DNA of 64,000 bases from NCBI GenBank assembly GCA_030390025.1, contig CM059431.1, forward strand, positions 159,714,001 to 159,778,000, in the 5' to 3' direction. The translations under genes were made by a program, and so were the position numbers. How positions within the stretch are numbered: the stretch's first letter is position 1; every line of letters starts with the position of its first letter. The DNA is from Squalus acanthias. Its lineage: Eukaryota. Below the pieces are notes generated by a model. The model was not told the DNA's origin and did not search any database. It saw nothing but the letters and a program-made list of their open reading frames with translations. This document shows positions 1 through 10,200 of the stretch, in pieces.

Positions 1-51
1 TTGCCCGATTCATTCCCCAGAACTAGATCCAGCACTGCTTCATTTCTTGTT

Positions 52-137
52 AGAAGTCGCACAACACCAGATTATAGTCCAACAGCTTTATTTGAAATCA
101 TAAGCTTTCGGAGCGCTGCTCCTTCGTCAGGTGAAGT
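52..137 (-). mobile_element. 86-bp Penelope-like element (PLE) 3'-end insert carrying a hammerhead motif
   Basis: Homologous to the 3' end of the GIY-YIG element at 52690-52776. Flanked by a 14-bp TSD with one mismatch: CTTCATTTCTTGTT (38-51) and CTTCCTTTCTTGTT (138-151). Confidence 0.85.
98..134 (-). ncRNA. Minimal hammerhead ribozyme motif, copy 1
   Basis: Reverse complement: TCAC-CTGACGA-A-GGAGC-AGC-GCTCC-GAAA-GCT-T-ATGA (CUGANGA and GAAA core, 5-bp stem II, AGCT palindrome). One mismatch in stem I. Confidence 0.7.
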
Positions 138-837
138 CTTCCTTTCTTGTTGGACTGGGAACATACTAATCAGGAAAATTTCCTGTACACATTTTAGCAT
201 TTCTTCCCCAGTCTATATTCGGACAAGTGAAGTGCCCCGTTATCACTACTCGAAAGTTCTTGCAGCTTTCTGCAATTTGCCTGCAAATTTGCTCCTCTAT
301 CTCCTTTGCGCTATTTGGTAACCTATATTATACACCCAGGAGTGTAATAGCTCCTCTATTGTTCCTTCATTCTAACCAAATAGATTCTGTCTTTGATCTC
401 TTTCAACCCTCAAGTATATCATCACTTACTAGTGATGTAACAGTATATTTGATTAATACTGCTACCCGCTCCTGTTTTCCATCTCTATCTTTCCTGAATA
501 TTTTGTAGTCAGGAACATCAAGTGTCCATTCATCGCCTTGTTTGAGCCAGGTTTCCGTTATTACCACTTTATGAACATATCATAATCCCATGTGGCTACT
601 TGTGCCTGCAGTTCGCCAACCTTATGATGCACATGCATTGTAAACCCATTTTAGTCGGCCTTGCAATCCCAGCCCCCTGACTGAACCTTCCTATTTTTGA
701 ACTACTCTTTCTCCTAATGCTGTTTGTCTCTCTCATTCCTCTGTGCACCTTGCATCTCCTCGCTAATGTTTCATCCTGGTGCCCCTCTCCCTGCCAAATT
801 CAGCTTTGCTAAATCTTTATAAATTCGAAAGTACTCC

Positions 838-1790
838 GAGGACTCAGAGAGGGCACGGAGGAGATTTACTCGAATGGTGCCAGGGATGAGGGACTTCAAT
901 TACGCGGAGAGACTTGGGAAGCTGGGTTTGTCCTCCTTAGCTGTGGCTCAGTTGGTAGCACACTCGCCTCTGATAGTCCTAAGGTTGTGGGTTCAAATCT
1001 CCAGGGACTTGAGCACATAAAGCTAGGCTGACACTCCAGTGCAGTGCTGAGGGAGTGCTGCATTGTCGGAGGTACCGTCTTTCAGATGAGACATTATACC
1101 GAGGCCCCATCTGCTCTCTCAGGTGGATGGAAAAGATCACACGGCACTATGTCGGAGAAGAGCAGGGGAGTTTTCCCCGGTGCCCTGGCCAATATTTATC
1201 CCTCAACCAATACAACAAAAACAGATTATCTGGTCATCATCACATTGCTGTTTGTGGGAGCTTGCTGTGCGGATTTTTGGCTGCCGTGTTTCCCACATTA
1301 CAACAGTGACTCCACTTCAAAAGTGCTCCATTAACTGTAAAGCGCTTTGAGAATCCGGTGGTCGTGAAAGGCGCTATATAAATGCAAGTCTTTCTTTCTT
1401 AGAGCAGAGAAGGTTAAGTGGAGATTTAATTGAGGTGTTCAAAAATTATGAGGGGTTTTGATTGAGTAGATAGGGAGAAAATGCTTCCACTGGCAGGAGG
1501 GTCGGTAACCAGAGGACACAGATTTAAAATAATTGGCAACAAAGCCAATTATGAGGAGATATTTTTTACAGAGCGAGTTGTTGTGATCTGGAATGTGCTG
1601 CCTGAAAGGGTGGCGGAATCAAATTAAATAGTAACTTTCAAAAGGGAATGTGATAACCACTTGAAAAGGAAAATGTTGCAGGTCTATGTGGTGGGAGCAG
1701 GGGAGTGGGACTAATTGTTAACCCCTTTCAGAGAGCCGGTACAGGCAAGATGGCTGAATGACCTCCTTCTGTGCTGTATGATTCTATGAT
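838..1790 (+). mobile_element. 5'-truncated CR1 LINE 3' end, split by a SINE
   Basis: Encodes RRFTRMVPGMRDF..LGKLGL.SL|EQRRL.GDLIEVFKI (CR1 ORF2 C-terminus) across the SINE. Ends in a TGATTCTATGATT tail. Confidence 0.85.
941..1397 (+). mobile_element. tRNA-derived Deu-domain SINE (SacSINE1/AmnSINE-like)
   Basis: A box TGGCTCAGTTGG, B box GGGTTCAAATC, central Deu-like core (GGAGGTACCGTCTTTCAGATGAGAC...CTCAGGTGGATGGAAAAGATC...GAAGAGCAGGGGAGTT), 3' tail GGCGCTATATAAATGCAAGTCTTTCTTT. Possible CTTAG TSD at 936-940 and 1398-1402. Confidence 0.85.
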
Positions 1791-1945
1791 TTAAGAATAG
1801 ATTAGATAAGTGGTTGAAGGAAAGGGGTATAAAGGGATGTGGGAACACCATGCATACATGGGATTAGGACTACTGCTCATGTATAAACAACACGGACTGG
1901 TTGGGCAAAACGGCCCATTCCATGTTGTAAATTCTATGTAATTTT
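1791..1945 (+). mobile_element. Second short CR1 3'-end fragment
   Basis: Reads KNRLDKWLKERGIKGCG (CR1 ORF2 terminus), then a GGTTGGGC..GGCC hairpin region and an ATTCTATGT tail. Confidence 0.65.
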
Positions 1946-2044
1946 GACTTCAGTGCCCTCGTTTGTTTGAGTTTTGCTCCCTTTGCATTAGCACTCGGGT
2001 GTCTCAAAAATTCTTTGGATTGGAGCTTTCACAGGAATCAAATC

Positions 2045-2325
2045 AAACACAGGAAATAGGAAACATAGGAAACAGGAAACATAGGAATGAGTAAATAAAG
2101 GATCAGTAAACACAGGAAACATAGGAAACGGGAAGGATAAGAAACAATAACCACGGGAAACAGACGAACACAGGAACAGCAGTAGGACAGAAACCTTTCC
2201 ATTTTGTTCCGCCATTCAGTTGAATCATGGATGATCTGTAACTCAACTCAATTCGCCCACTTTAGCTCCATATATCTTGATAATCTTACCGAACAAAACA
2301 CTATCGATCTCAGTCTTGAAAGCTA
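2045..2325 (-). mobile_element. CR1 3' UTR fragment with an expanded, degenerate AAACA(T/C)AGG tail
   Basis: TCCGCCATTCAGTTGAATCATGGATGATCT...ATCTCAGTCTTGAA matches the CR1 3' UTRs at 44365 and 59412. It is preceded by about 150 bp of AAACATAGG-like repeats. Confidence 0.6.
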
Positions 2326-2348
2326 TTGCATCTCGGAAACAATTGTAA

Positions 2349-2588
2349 TGTTGAGGCTGCCGCAAAACACGAATTAAGGCTGAATCCACGTGTGGAAAAC
2401 AAGAGACTTTTTTAATACAACTGCATGGTACAAAATGGCTGAACAGAATGCTCCCAGAATTCTCTGGGAAAATCCTGAGGCCCCGCCCACTCCTGCCTTA
2501 AAGGTAAGGTGCCTTAAAGGGAAGGTGCTCGATATTTGTCCACGGACAGAAAAGTGGATAATGCCCGTTTAGGTGGCGATCCGCCACA
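2349..2588 (-). repeat. 3' LTR (240 bp)
   Basis: Direct repeat of 6450-6689. I counted 10 substitutions by eye (about 96% identity). Confidence 0.95.
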
Positions 2589-2600
2589 CAGCTCCCCCCA
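2589..2600 (-). promoter_or_regulatory. Polypurine tract
   Basis: TGGGGGGAGCTG on the minus strand, abutting the 3' LTR. Confidence 0.8.
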
Positions 2601-2731
2601 GAATCCGCTTAGGAGGTGTGGATAAGACGGTGAGGCGGTCTGATGGGCCGGCCGGAGCGGCTCTTGTAGGACGCCGGTGGACGTGGAACGGCCGGGCGTG
2701 GAGCAGCCGGGTAAACCGGCTTGAAGGCAGG

Positions 2732-5700
2732 TCAGCCGCGTGGAGGTGGACGAGCTACAGGGATCTGATCACCGGGCTCCGAGTGTGCTGGCTTGAGTCG
2801 GTCAACCGACACTTTTTCGGTCCTGTCGCCCACTTGCATGGTGAAAAATTTGTCCCCAGCCTGTAGCACCTTGTAGGGCCCATCGTACGGGGGTTGAAGG
2901 GGTCCGCGGTGGGCGTCATGCCGGATGAAAACAAACCATGCCTGGTGCAGGCTTAGTGGGCTGTGTGAGGTGGATTCGCCGTGTCGGGCAATGGGCACCG
3001 GGGCGAACTGCAGCGCCGGTGAGGCGAAGTCGTGGCGTTGGTGATCGGCTGACCAGGGTGTCGTGGCGGTGGGCAGGAACTCGCCGGGTACGCGCAGCGG
3101 CTGACCGTACACGAGCTCTGCTGCCGATGCGTGGGTGTCTTCTTTAACCACGGTGCGCAGGCTGAGGAGGACGCACGGAAGTCGGTCGGTCCAGGCGCCG
3201 TCCTGGAGGCTGGCTCGAAGAGATGCTTCAAGGATCTGTGGAACCGCTCACACAGTCCGTTGGCTTGGGGGTGGTATGCTGTGGTGCGGTGAATGGTCAA
3301 CCCGAGATTGCGTGCGCGGCGGTCCAGAGTTCAGAGTTAAATTGCGGACCTCTGTCTGACGTCATGTCGGAGGGGACGCCGAACCATGTGACCCAGGTGC
3401 TGACGAAGGCTCTGGCGATGTCGGCGGTGGTGGTCGAGGTCAGCGGAATTGCCTCGGGCGAGCGTGTGGTGCGGTCAACGATGGTCAGCAAGTGCGTGTG
3501 GCCTTGCGGCGGCGGCAGGGGCCCGACGATGTCCACGTGGATATGGTCGAATCTCCGCGAGGGGATGGTAAACTCCTCGAGGGGTGCTTTCGTGTGTTGC
3601 TGTACCTTGGTCCGTTGGCAGGCTAGGCAGGAGTTGGCCCAAGTACACACATCCTTGCGAAGGCTGCGCCAGACAAAGCGGTTGGCTACCAATTTGATGG
3701 CTGCGCGTGCGCAGGGGTGGGAGAGGTTGTGGAGAATGTTGAATACCCGGCGGCGCCAGGACGCTGGGACGACGGGCCGAGGTTGACATAGGAATATGTC
3801 GCACTTGACCGTGACTGCGGTCGGGCCACAGGCGACGTCGGCCAGGCGTAGCCCTGGTAGGTTGGTGGGTGCGGAGAGCAGATCACGGTAGGTGATCTGC
3901 TCTGCTGCGAGTTGAGCGTAGTCGACTGCCAGGTGTGCGGCATGGATGGCGGGGTGGGAGAGGCTGTCTGCTACCACATTGTCTCGGCCGGAGACGTGTT
4001 GGATGTCCGTGGTGAACTCGGACACTGCCGCGAGCTGGCGCTGCTGCCTGGCGGACCAAGGGTCGGTTGTCTTTGCCATTGCGAATGTCAGGGGTTGTGA
4101 TCGACAAACGCAGTGAAGGGGTGGACCTCAAGCAGAAACCGGAAATGGCGGACCGCAAGGAACAGCGCGAGGAGCTCGCGGTCGAAGGTGCTGTACTTGA
4201 CCTCCGGGGGGTGTAGTTGACGGCTGAAGAAGGCAAGTGGTTGCCGGGCGCCATCGACCCACTGTTCATACACGGCACCGACCGCGTGGTTGGAGGCGTC
4301 CATGGTGAGCGCTACCCTGGCATTGGGCCGTGCGTGCGCGAGTAGGGTGGCGTTGGCGAGTGCGGTCTTGGTGGAGTCGAAGGCGGCGGACGCGTCTGCC
4401 GTCCATTCGACCTCCATCTTGCAGCTCCTGCCCCGGAGGGCTTCATACAGGGGCCTCATGAGGGACGCCACTTTGGGGATAAAGCGGTTATAGAAATTCA
4501 CCATCCCGAGGAACTCCTGGAGGCCTTTGATGGTGGTGGGGCGGAGAAATTGTTGGACGGCCTGCACCTTGTGGGCAGGGGAATGGCCCCAGCATGGGTG
4601 ATGTGGTGGCCGAGGAAGTCGATCTTGTCCAGTCCGAACTGGCATTTGGCTGGGCTGAGGATGAGCCCGTGGTCGCTGAGGCACCCGTACAGGATGCAAA
4701 GGTGTTCGAGCTGTTCCTGCTTGGAGGAACTGGCTACCAGGATGTCGTCCAGGTAGACGAACAGGAACTTCAGGTCCCGAAGGACCGAGTCCATGAGCCG
4801 TTGGAATGCCTGGGCCGCGTTTTAGAGGCCGAAGGGCATCCGCAGGAACTCGAACAGGCCAAAGGGGGTGATTACGGCCGTCTTGGGGACGTCCACGGGG
4901 TGGACGGGGACTTGGTGGTAGCCGCACACCAGGTCGACCTTGGAAAAGACTGAGCGGCCGGCCAGTCTAGCCGAGAAGTCCTGAATGTGCGGCATGGGGT
5001 ACCGATCAGGGGTGGTGGCGTCATTGAGGCGGCGGTAATCCCCGCAGGGGCGCCAACCCCCGCCTCGTTTGGGGGCGATGTGGAGTGGGGAGGCCCAGGG
5101 ACTGTGGGAGTAGCGGATGATGCCGAGCTGTTCCATAGTGACAAACTCGGTCCGCACGATCTCCAGTTTGGTTGGGTCCAGCCTGCGGGCGTGGGCGTAC
5201 ACTGGGGGGCATGTGGTGGGGATGAAGTGTTCCACCCCATGTTTGGTGGCCTCCACGGAGAAGGTCGGATTGGTAAGGGTGGGAATTCGATCAGTAGTGC
5301 CGAGTAGTTATCCGTGGCCCGGGCGTGGCACTGTGACGCCATGTCGGCGGGTTGACGGGGGGCCATGGCGCCCAGGATGGGGGACATGGTGTTTATGTCC
5401 ACGAGGCGGTGACAGGGGATGTCTACCAGTAGGCCGTGGGCGCACAGGAAATCTGCGCCGATGAGAGGGGAGAGCACCTTGGCAGTGATGAACTCCCATC
5501 GCTGGCGGTGACCAGCGAGGTCGAGGGTGACTGTCCGGGTGCCATATGTCCGGATTTCTGAGCCGTTAGCAGCAGCCAGCGCCGGTCCTTATTCGCCCTT
5601 TTGGATGTCGAGGGAGGAGGCCGGGATGACGCTGTGCTGAGCCCCAGTGTCGCACAGGAACCGGCGGCCGGTTTTGTCATCCGTGATGAACAGCAGGGAG

Positions 5701-6409
5701 CCCGTGTGGCCCACGGCCATCGCGGGGGCTGGTACGGGGGCGGACTTGAAAGAGCAGGGAGGTGTGCACCGTTGTGCCCTGGCGGCGAACCGTGTGTGGT
5801 AGTAACAGTGGCCCGGGTTAGTGGGGCGTGAAGGCCCCGTGGGCCTGGTGGTAGGCCCTTGTGGCCGTGTGGTGGCCGGTGAGGGGTGCGCACAGGCATT
5901 GGTTGCCAGGTCCGGAGTGACGTCGCGGCTGGAGTGAGCGGACAGCAGCTTGTCGGCCTCATCGGCCAGGGCTTCCAGGTTCGTGAGGCCACGATCGCTG
6001 GGCGGATGCTGAGAGGGAGCTGGCGGATGAACAGCATGCGGAAGAGGGATCCGGGTGGGCTCTCGTCAGTGAGGGAGAGCATGTGGGAGAGGAGGTCTGA
6101 CGGTGAGGCATCACCGAGGCCTGGAAGTTCGAGGAGGTGGCAGTTTCGCTGATATGCCGAGGCCGTAAATTTTTTAAGGAGCGCTGTCTTGAGATGTGCA
6201 TACTTGCCTTCCTCTGGTGGGTTCTGCAGCGCTGTCCAAACCTTCGAAACTGTGGCGCTACCGAGTGATGTGACGAGATAGTCGTACTTCGTCCCATCTG
6301 TGGTGATGTTTCGCAGCCGGAAGCGAGATTCAGCTTGGAGAAACCAGAATTCGGGCTGGTTTTCCCAAAACTCCGGCAGTTTCACGGAAACTGCGTTCGT
6401 GTCCACCAT
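2732..6409 (-). pseudogene. Frameshifted gag-pol polyprotein
   Basis: Gag start MVDTNAVSVKLPEFW..PEFWF; CHCC knuckle CYYH(x9)C(x3)C near 5755-5810; protease FLCDTGA; RT WRPCGDYRRLN, RMPFGL and YLDD; RNase H DAS..AVGAV and YSTFDRELLA; integrase HHCC, HVDIVGP, SDRGPQF and GPY. Spread over several frames. Confidence 0.92.
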
Positions 6410-6434
6410 TGCAGTGCTCGGAATACGTTCTGAG

Positions 6435-6448
6435 CATCGGGGTCACCG
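6435..6448 (-). promoter_or_regulatory. Primer-binding site complementary to the tRNA-Trp 3' end (first base mutated)
   Basis: CGGTGACCCCGATG one base after the 5' LTR, compared with the expected TGGTGACCCCGACG. Confidence 0.8.
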
Positions 6449-6449
6449 A

Positions 6450-6689
6450 TGTTGAGGATGCCGTGAAACATGAATTAAGGCTGAATCCATGTGTGGAAAA
6501 CAAGAGACTTTTTAAATACAACTGCATGGTACAAAATGGCTGAACAGAATGCTCCCAGAATTCTCTGAAAAAATCCTGAGGCCCCGCCCACTCCTGCCTT
6601 AAAGGTAAGGTGCCTTAAAGGGAAGGTGCTCGATATTTGTCCAAGGACGGAAAAGTGGATAATGCCCGTTTAGGTGGCGATCCGCCACA
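6450..6689 (-). repeat. 5' LTR (240 bp)
   Basis: Direct repeat of 2349-2588, followed on the minus strand by the primer-binding site and gag. Confidence 0.95.
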
Positions 6690-6779
6690 GTAACACAGAA
6701 AAGATGACTGAGAAAAGCGAACAACATTTGCCCCCAGAATAGGTAACAAATGGCAGTGACTTTGATGAATTCGAATTCA

Positions 6780-7130
6780 TGGAGGGGAGGAGTCTGGTGA
6801 GAACATCTTTGTGGTAATGGCAGATGGAAATAATAAAGGAGTTTATGAGGGGTTCAGGGGTTGAAGTAGTTCCGGTGGTGAGTGATGATGTGGATTTAGA
6901 GCTCGGCTGTCTTTGTGAGGGAGAAGATGTGCAGTCAGAAAATCAGCTCAGAGTTGAACAGTCCACCACGGTGGAATCAAGTTGGATTAGCCTGAGATAG
7001 CGGCTGAGCATCAGGAGGCTAAGGTTGAGTACAAGTTGGTTCAGCATGAGGCACTGGCTGCGGAGTGGGGTGGAGTGACTGCCGAGGGAGTGGTGATTAG
7101 GGATGGGTCAAAGCCGATGGCTCAACAGTT
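6780..7130 (-). mobile_element. Possible old L2-type LINE fragment
   Basis: Purine-rich degenerate sequence resembling antisense L2 ORF2. No clean motif recovered. Confidence 0.3.
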
Positions 7131-7239
7131 CGTCTTCAAAAGCGTGGATCATAACCAGCTGCAGTAAGATCATCAGTGTTATAGTGGGAAAACTGAAGCA
7201 ACAGCAGAACTGTCACATTGTAATTATCATCAGTACTGT

Positions 7240-10200
7240 GAGAGAGGAGTCACCACCAGTAACGTTAAAGTCAGGTCACCGTCTGTAATGGTAGAGCAGG
7301 GACTCCGCCAGAAAATTGTATAATGCTTTCACCACCAGTATGGTTAGAGTAGAATCATCACCAGTAATGTTAGAGTAGAATCATCACCAGTAATGTTCGA
7401 GTAGAGTCATCACCAGTAATGTTAGAGTCAAATCACCACCAGTAATGTGAGAGTAGGGTCACCACCAGTAATGTTAGTGTAGGATCACCACCAGTAATGT
7501 TAGAGTAGGGTCACCATCAGTAATGTTAGAGTAAAGTCAGCACCAGTAATGTTAGAGTAGAGTCATCACCAGTAATGTTAGAGTAGAGACATCACCAGTA
7601 ATGTTAGAGTAGAATCACGACCAATAATGTGAGAGTAGGGTCACCACCAATAATGTGAGAGTAGGGTCACCACCAATAATGTTAGAGTAGGATCACCACC
7701 AGTAATGTTAGAGTAGGATCACCACCAGTAATGTGAGAGTAGGGTCACCACCAGTAATGTTAGAGTAGGGTCACCACCAGTAATGTTAGAGTAGGATCAC
7801 CACCAGTAATGTTAGAGTAGGGTCACCACCAGTGATGTTAGAGTAGAGTCACCACCAGTAATGTTAGAGTAGGGTCACCACCAGTAATGTTAGAGTAGAC
7901 TCACCACCAGTAATGTTAGAGTAGTGTCACCACCAGTAATGTTAGATTGGGTTCACCAGCAGTAATGTTAGAGTAGAGTCACCAACAGTAACGTGAAAGT
8001 CAGGTCACCATCTGTAATGGTAGAGTAGGGACTCCGCCAGAAAATTGTATAATGTTTTCACCACCAGTAATGTTAGAGTAGAGTCATCACCAGTAATGTT
8101 AGAGTAGAGTCATCACCAGTAATGTTAGAGTAGAATCAGCACCAGTAATGTGAGAGTAGGGTCACCACCAGTAATGTTAGAGAAGGGTCATCACCAGTAA
8201 TGTTAGAGTAGGGTCACCACAAGTAATGTTAGAGTAGCGTCACCACAAGTAATGTTAGAGTAGGGTCACCATCAGTAATGTTAGAGCAGGGTCACCACAA
8301 GTAATGTTAGAGTCGGGTCACCACCAGTAATGTTAGAGTAGGGTCACCACCAGTAATGTTAGAGTAGGGTCACCACCAGCAATGTTAGAGTCGGGTCACC
8401 ACCAGTGATGTTAGAGTAGGGTCACCACCAGTGATGTTAGAGTAGGGTCACCACCAGTAATGTTAGAGTAGTGTCACCACCACTAATGTTAGAGTAGAGT
8501 CACCACCATAAATGTTAGAGTAGAGTCACCACCACTAATGTTAGAGTAGAGTCACCTCCCGTAATGTTAGAGTAGAGTCACCACCACTAATGTTAGAGTA
8601 GACTCACCACCAGTAATGTTAGAGTAGACTCACCACCAGTAATGTTAGAGTAGACTCACCACCACTAATGTTAGAGAAGGGTCACCACCAGTAATGTTAG
8701 ATTAGAGTCACCACCAGTAATGTTAGAGTAGACTCACCGCCAGTAATGTTAGTGTAGACTCACCACCAGTAATGTTAGAGTAGAGTAACCATCAGTAATG
8801 ATAGAGTAGAGTCACCACCAGTAATGTTAGAGTAGGGTCTCCAGCAGTAATGTTAGAGTAGAGTTACCAGCAGTAATGTTAGAGTAGGGTCACCAGCAGT
8901 AATGTTAGAGTAGGGTCACCAGCAGTAATGTTAGAGTAGGGTCACCAGCAGTAATGTTAGAGTTGGGTCACCACCAGTAATGTTAGAGGAGGGTCACCAC
9001 CAGTAATGTTAGAGTATGGTCACCATCAGTAATGTTACAGTAGACTCACCACCAGTAATGTTAGAGTAGGGTCACCACCAGTAATGTTAGAGTAGGGTCA
9101 CCACCAGTAATGTTAGAGTAGGATCACCACCAGTAAAGTTAGAGTCGGGTCACCATCAGTAATGTTAGAGTAGAGTCACAACCAGTAATGTTAGAGCAGG
9201 GTCACCACCAATAATATTAGGGTAGTGTCACCACCAGCTATATTAGAGCAGGGTCACCAGCAGTTGTGTTAGAGTAGGTCACCATAAGTAATGTTAGTAT
9301 AGGTCAACCCCAGTAATGTTAGAGAATATTCACGACCAGTAATGTTGGAGTAGAGTCACCACCAGTAATGTTAGAGTAGAGTCACCACCAGTAATATTAT
9401 AGTAGGGTCTTCACCAGTAATGCTAGAGTAGAGTCATCACCAGCAGTGTTAGAGTATGGTCACCACCAGTAATGTTAGAGTTGTGTCAGCACCAGTAATT
9501 TTAGAGTAGAGTCACCACCAGTAATGTTAGAGTGGAATCATCACCAGTAAGGTTAGATTAGTGTCATCACCAGTAAGGTTAGATTAGTGTCATTACCAGT
9601 AATGTTAGAGCAGAGTCACCACCAGTAATGTTACAGTAGAGTCACGACCAATAATGTTAGAGTAGAGTCACCACCAGTAATGTTAGAGTAGAGTCACCAC
9701 CAGTAATGTTAGAGTAGAGTCACGACCAGTAATGTTAGAGTAGAGTCAACACCAGTAATGTTAGAGTGGAGTCACTAGCAGTAATGTTAGAGTAGGTTCA
9801 CACGCAGTAATGTTCCATTAGTGTTCTCACCAGTAATGTTGGAGTAGAGTCACCAGCAGTAATGTCAGAGTCGGGTCACCAGCAGTAATGTTAGAGTTTG
9901 GTCACCACCAGTAATGTTCGAGTAGAGTCAACACCAGTAATGTTAGAGTAGAGTCACCACCAGTAATGTTAGAGTAGGGTCACCAGCCGTAATGTTAGAG
10001 TAGAGTCACCAGCAGTAATGTTAGAGTAGACTCACCACCATTAATGTTAGAGTAGTGTCACCACCACTAATGTTAGAGTAGAGTCACCACCATAAATGTT
10101 AGAGTAGAGTCACCACCACTAATGTTAGAGTAGAGTCACCTCCAGTAATGTTAGAGTAGAGTCACCACCACTAATGTTAGAGTAGACACACCACCAGTAA

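Larger units (their letters stand above)
1..800 (-). mobile_element. Degenerate CR1 LINE fragment (endonuclease region of ORF2), interrupted at 52-137
   Basis: Minus strand near 10-40 reads AVLDLVLGNE, the CR1 APE-endonuclease motif also seen in ORFs 45858..47120 and 63609..63995. The right boundary is approximate. Confidence 0.6.
2349..6689 (-). mobile_element. Full-length Ty3/Gypsy LTR retrotransposon, CsRn1-like lineage, coding-defective
   Basis: Two 240-bp LTRs (TG..CA), 4-bp TSD GTAA (2345-2348 and 6690-6693), tRNA-Trp-type primer-binding site, polypurine tract, and gag-PR-RT-RH-IN domain order. Confidence 0.95.

Noticed and set aside
941..1010. tRNA gene
   Set aside because: The A and B boxes belong to the SINE head and there is no complete cloverleaf.
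2573..6152. Plus-strand ORFs over the Gypsy element
   Set aside because: These are antisense shadow ORFs of GC-rich gag-pol sequence with no recognisable motifs.
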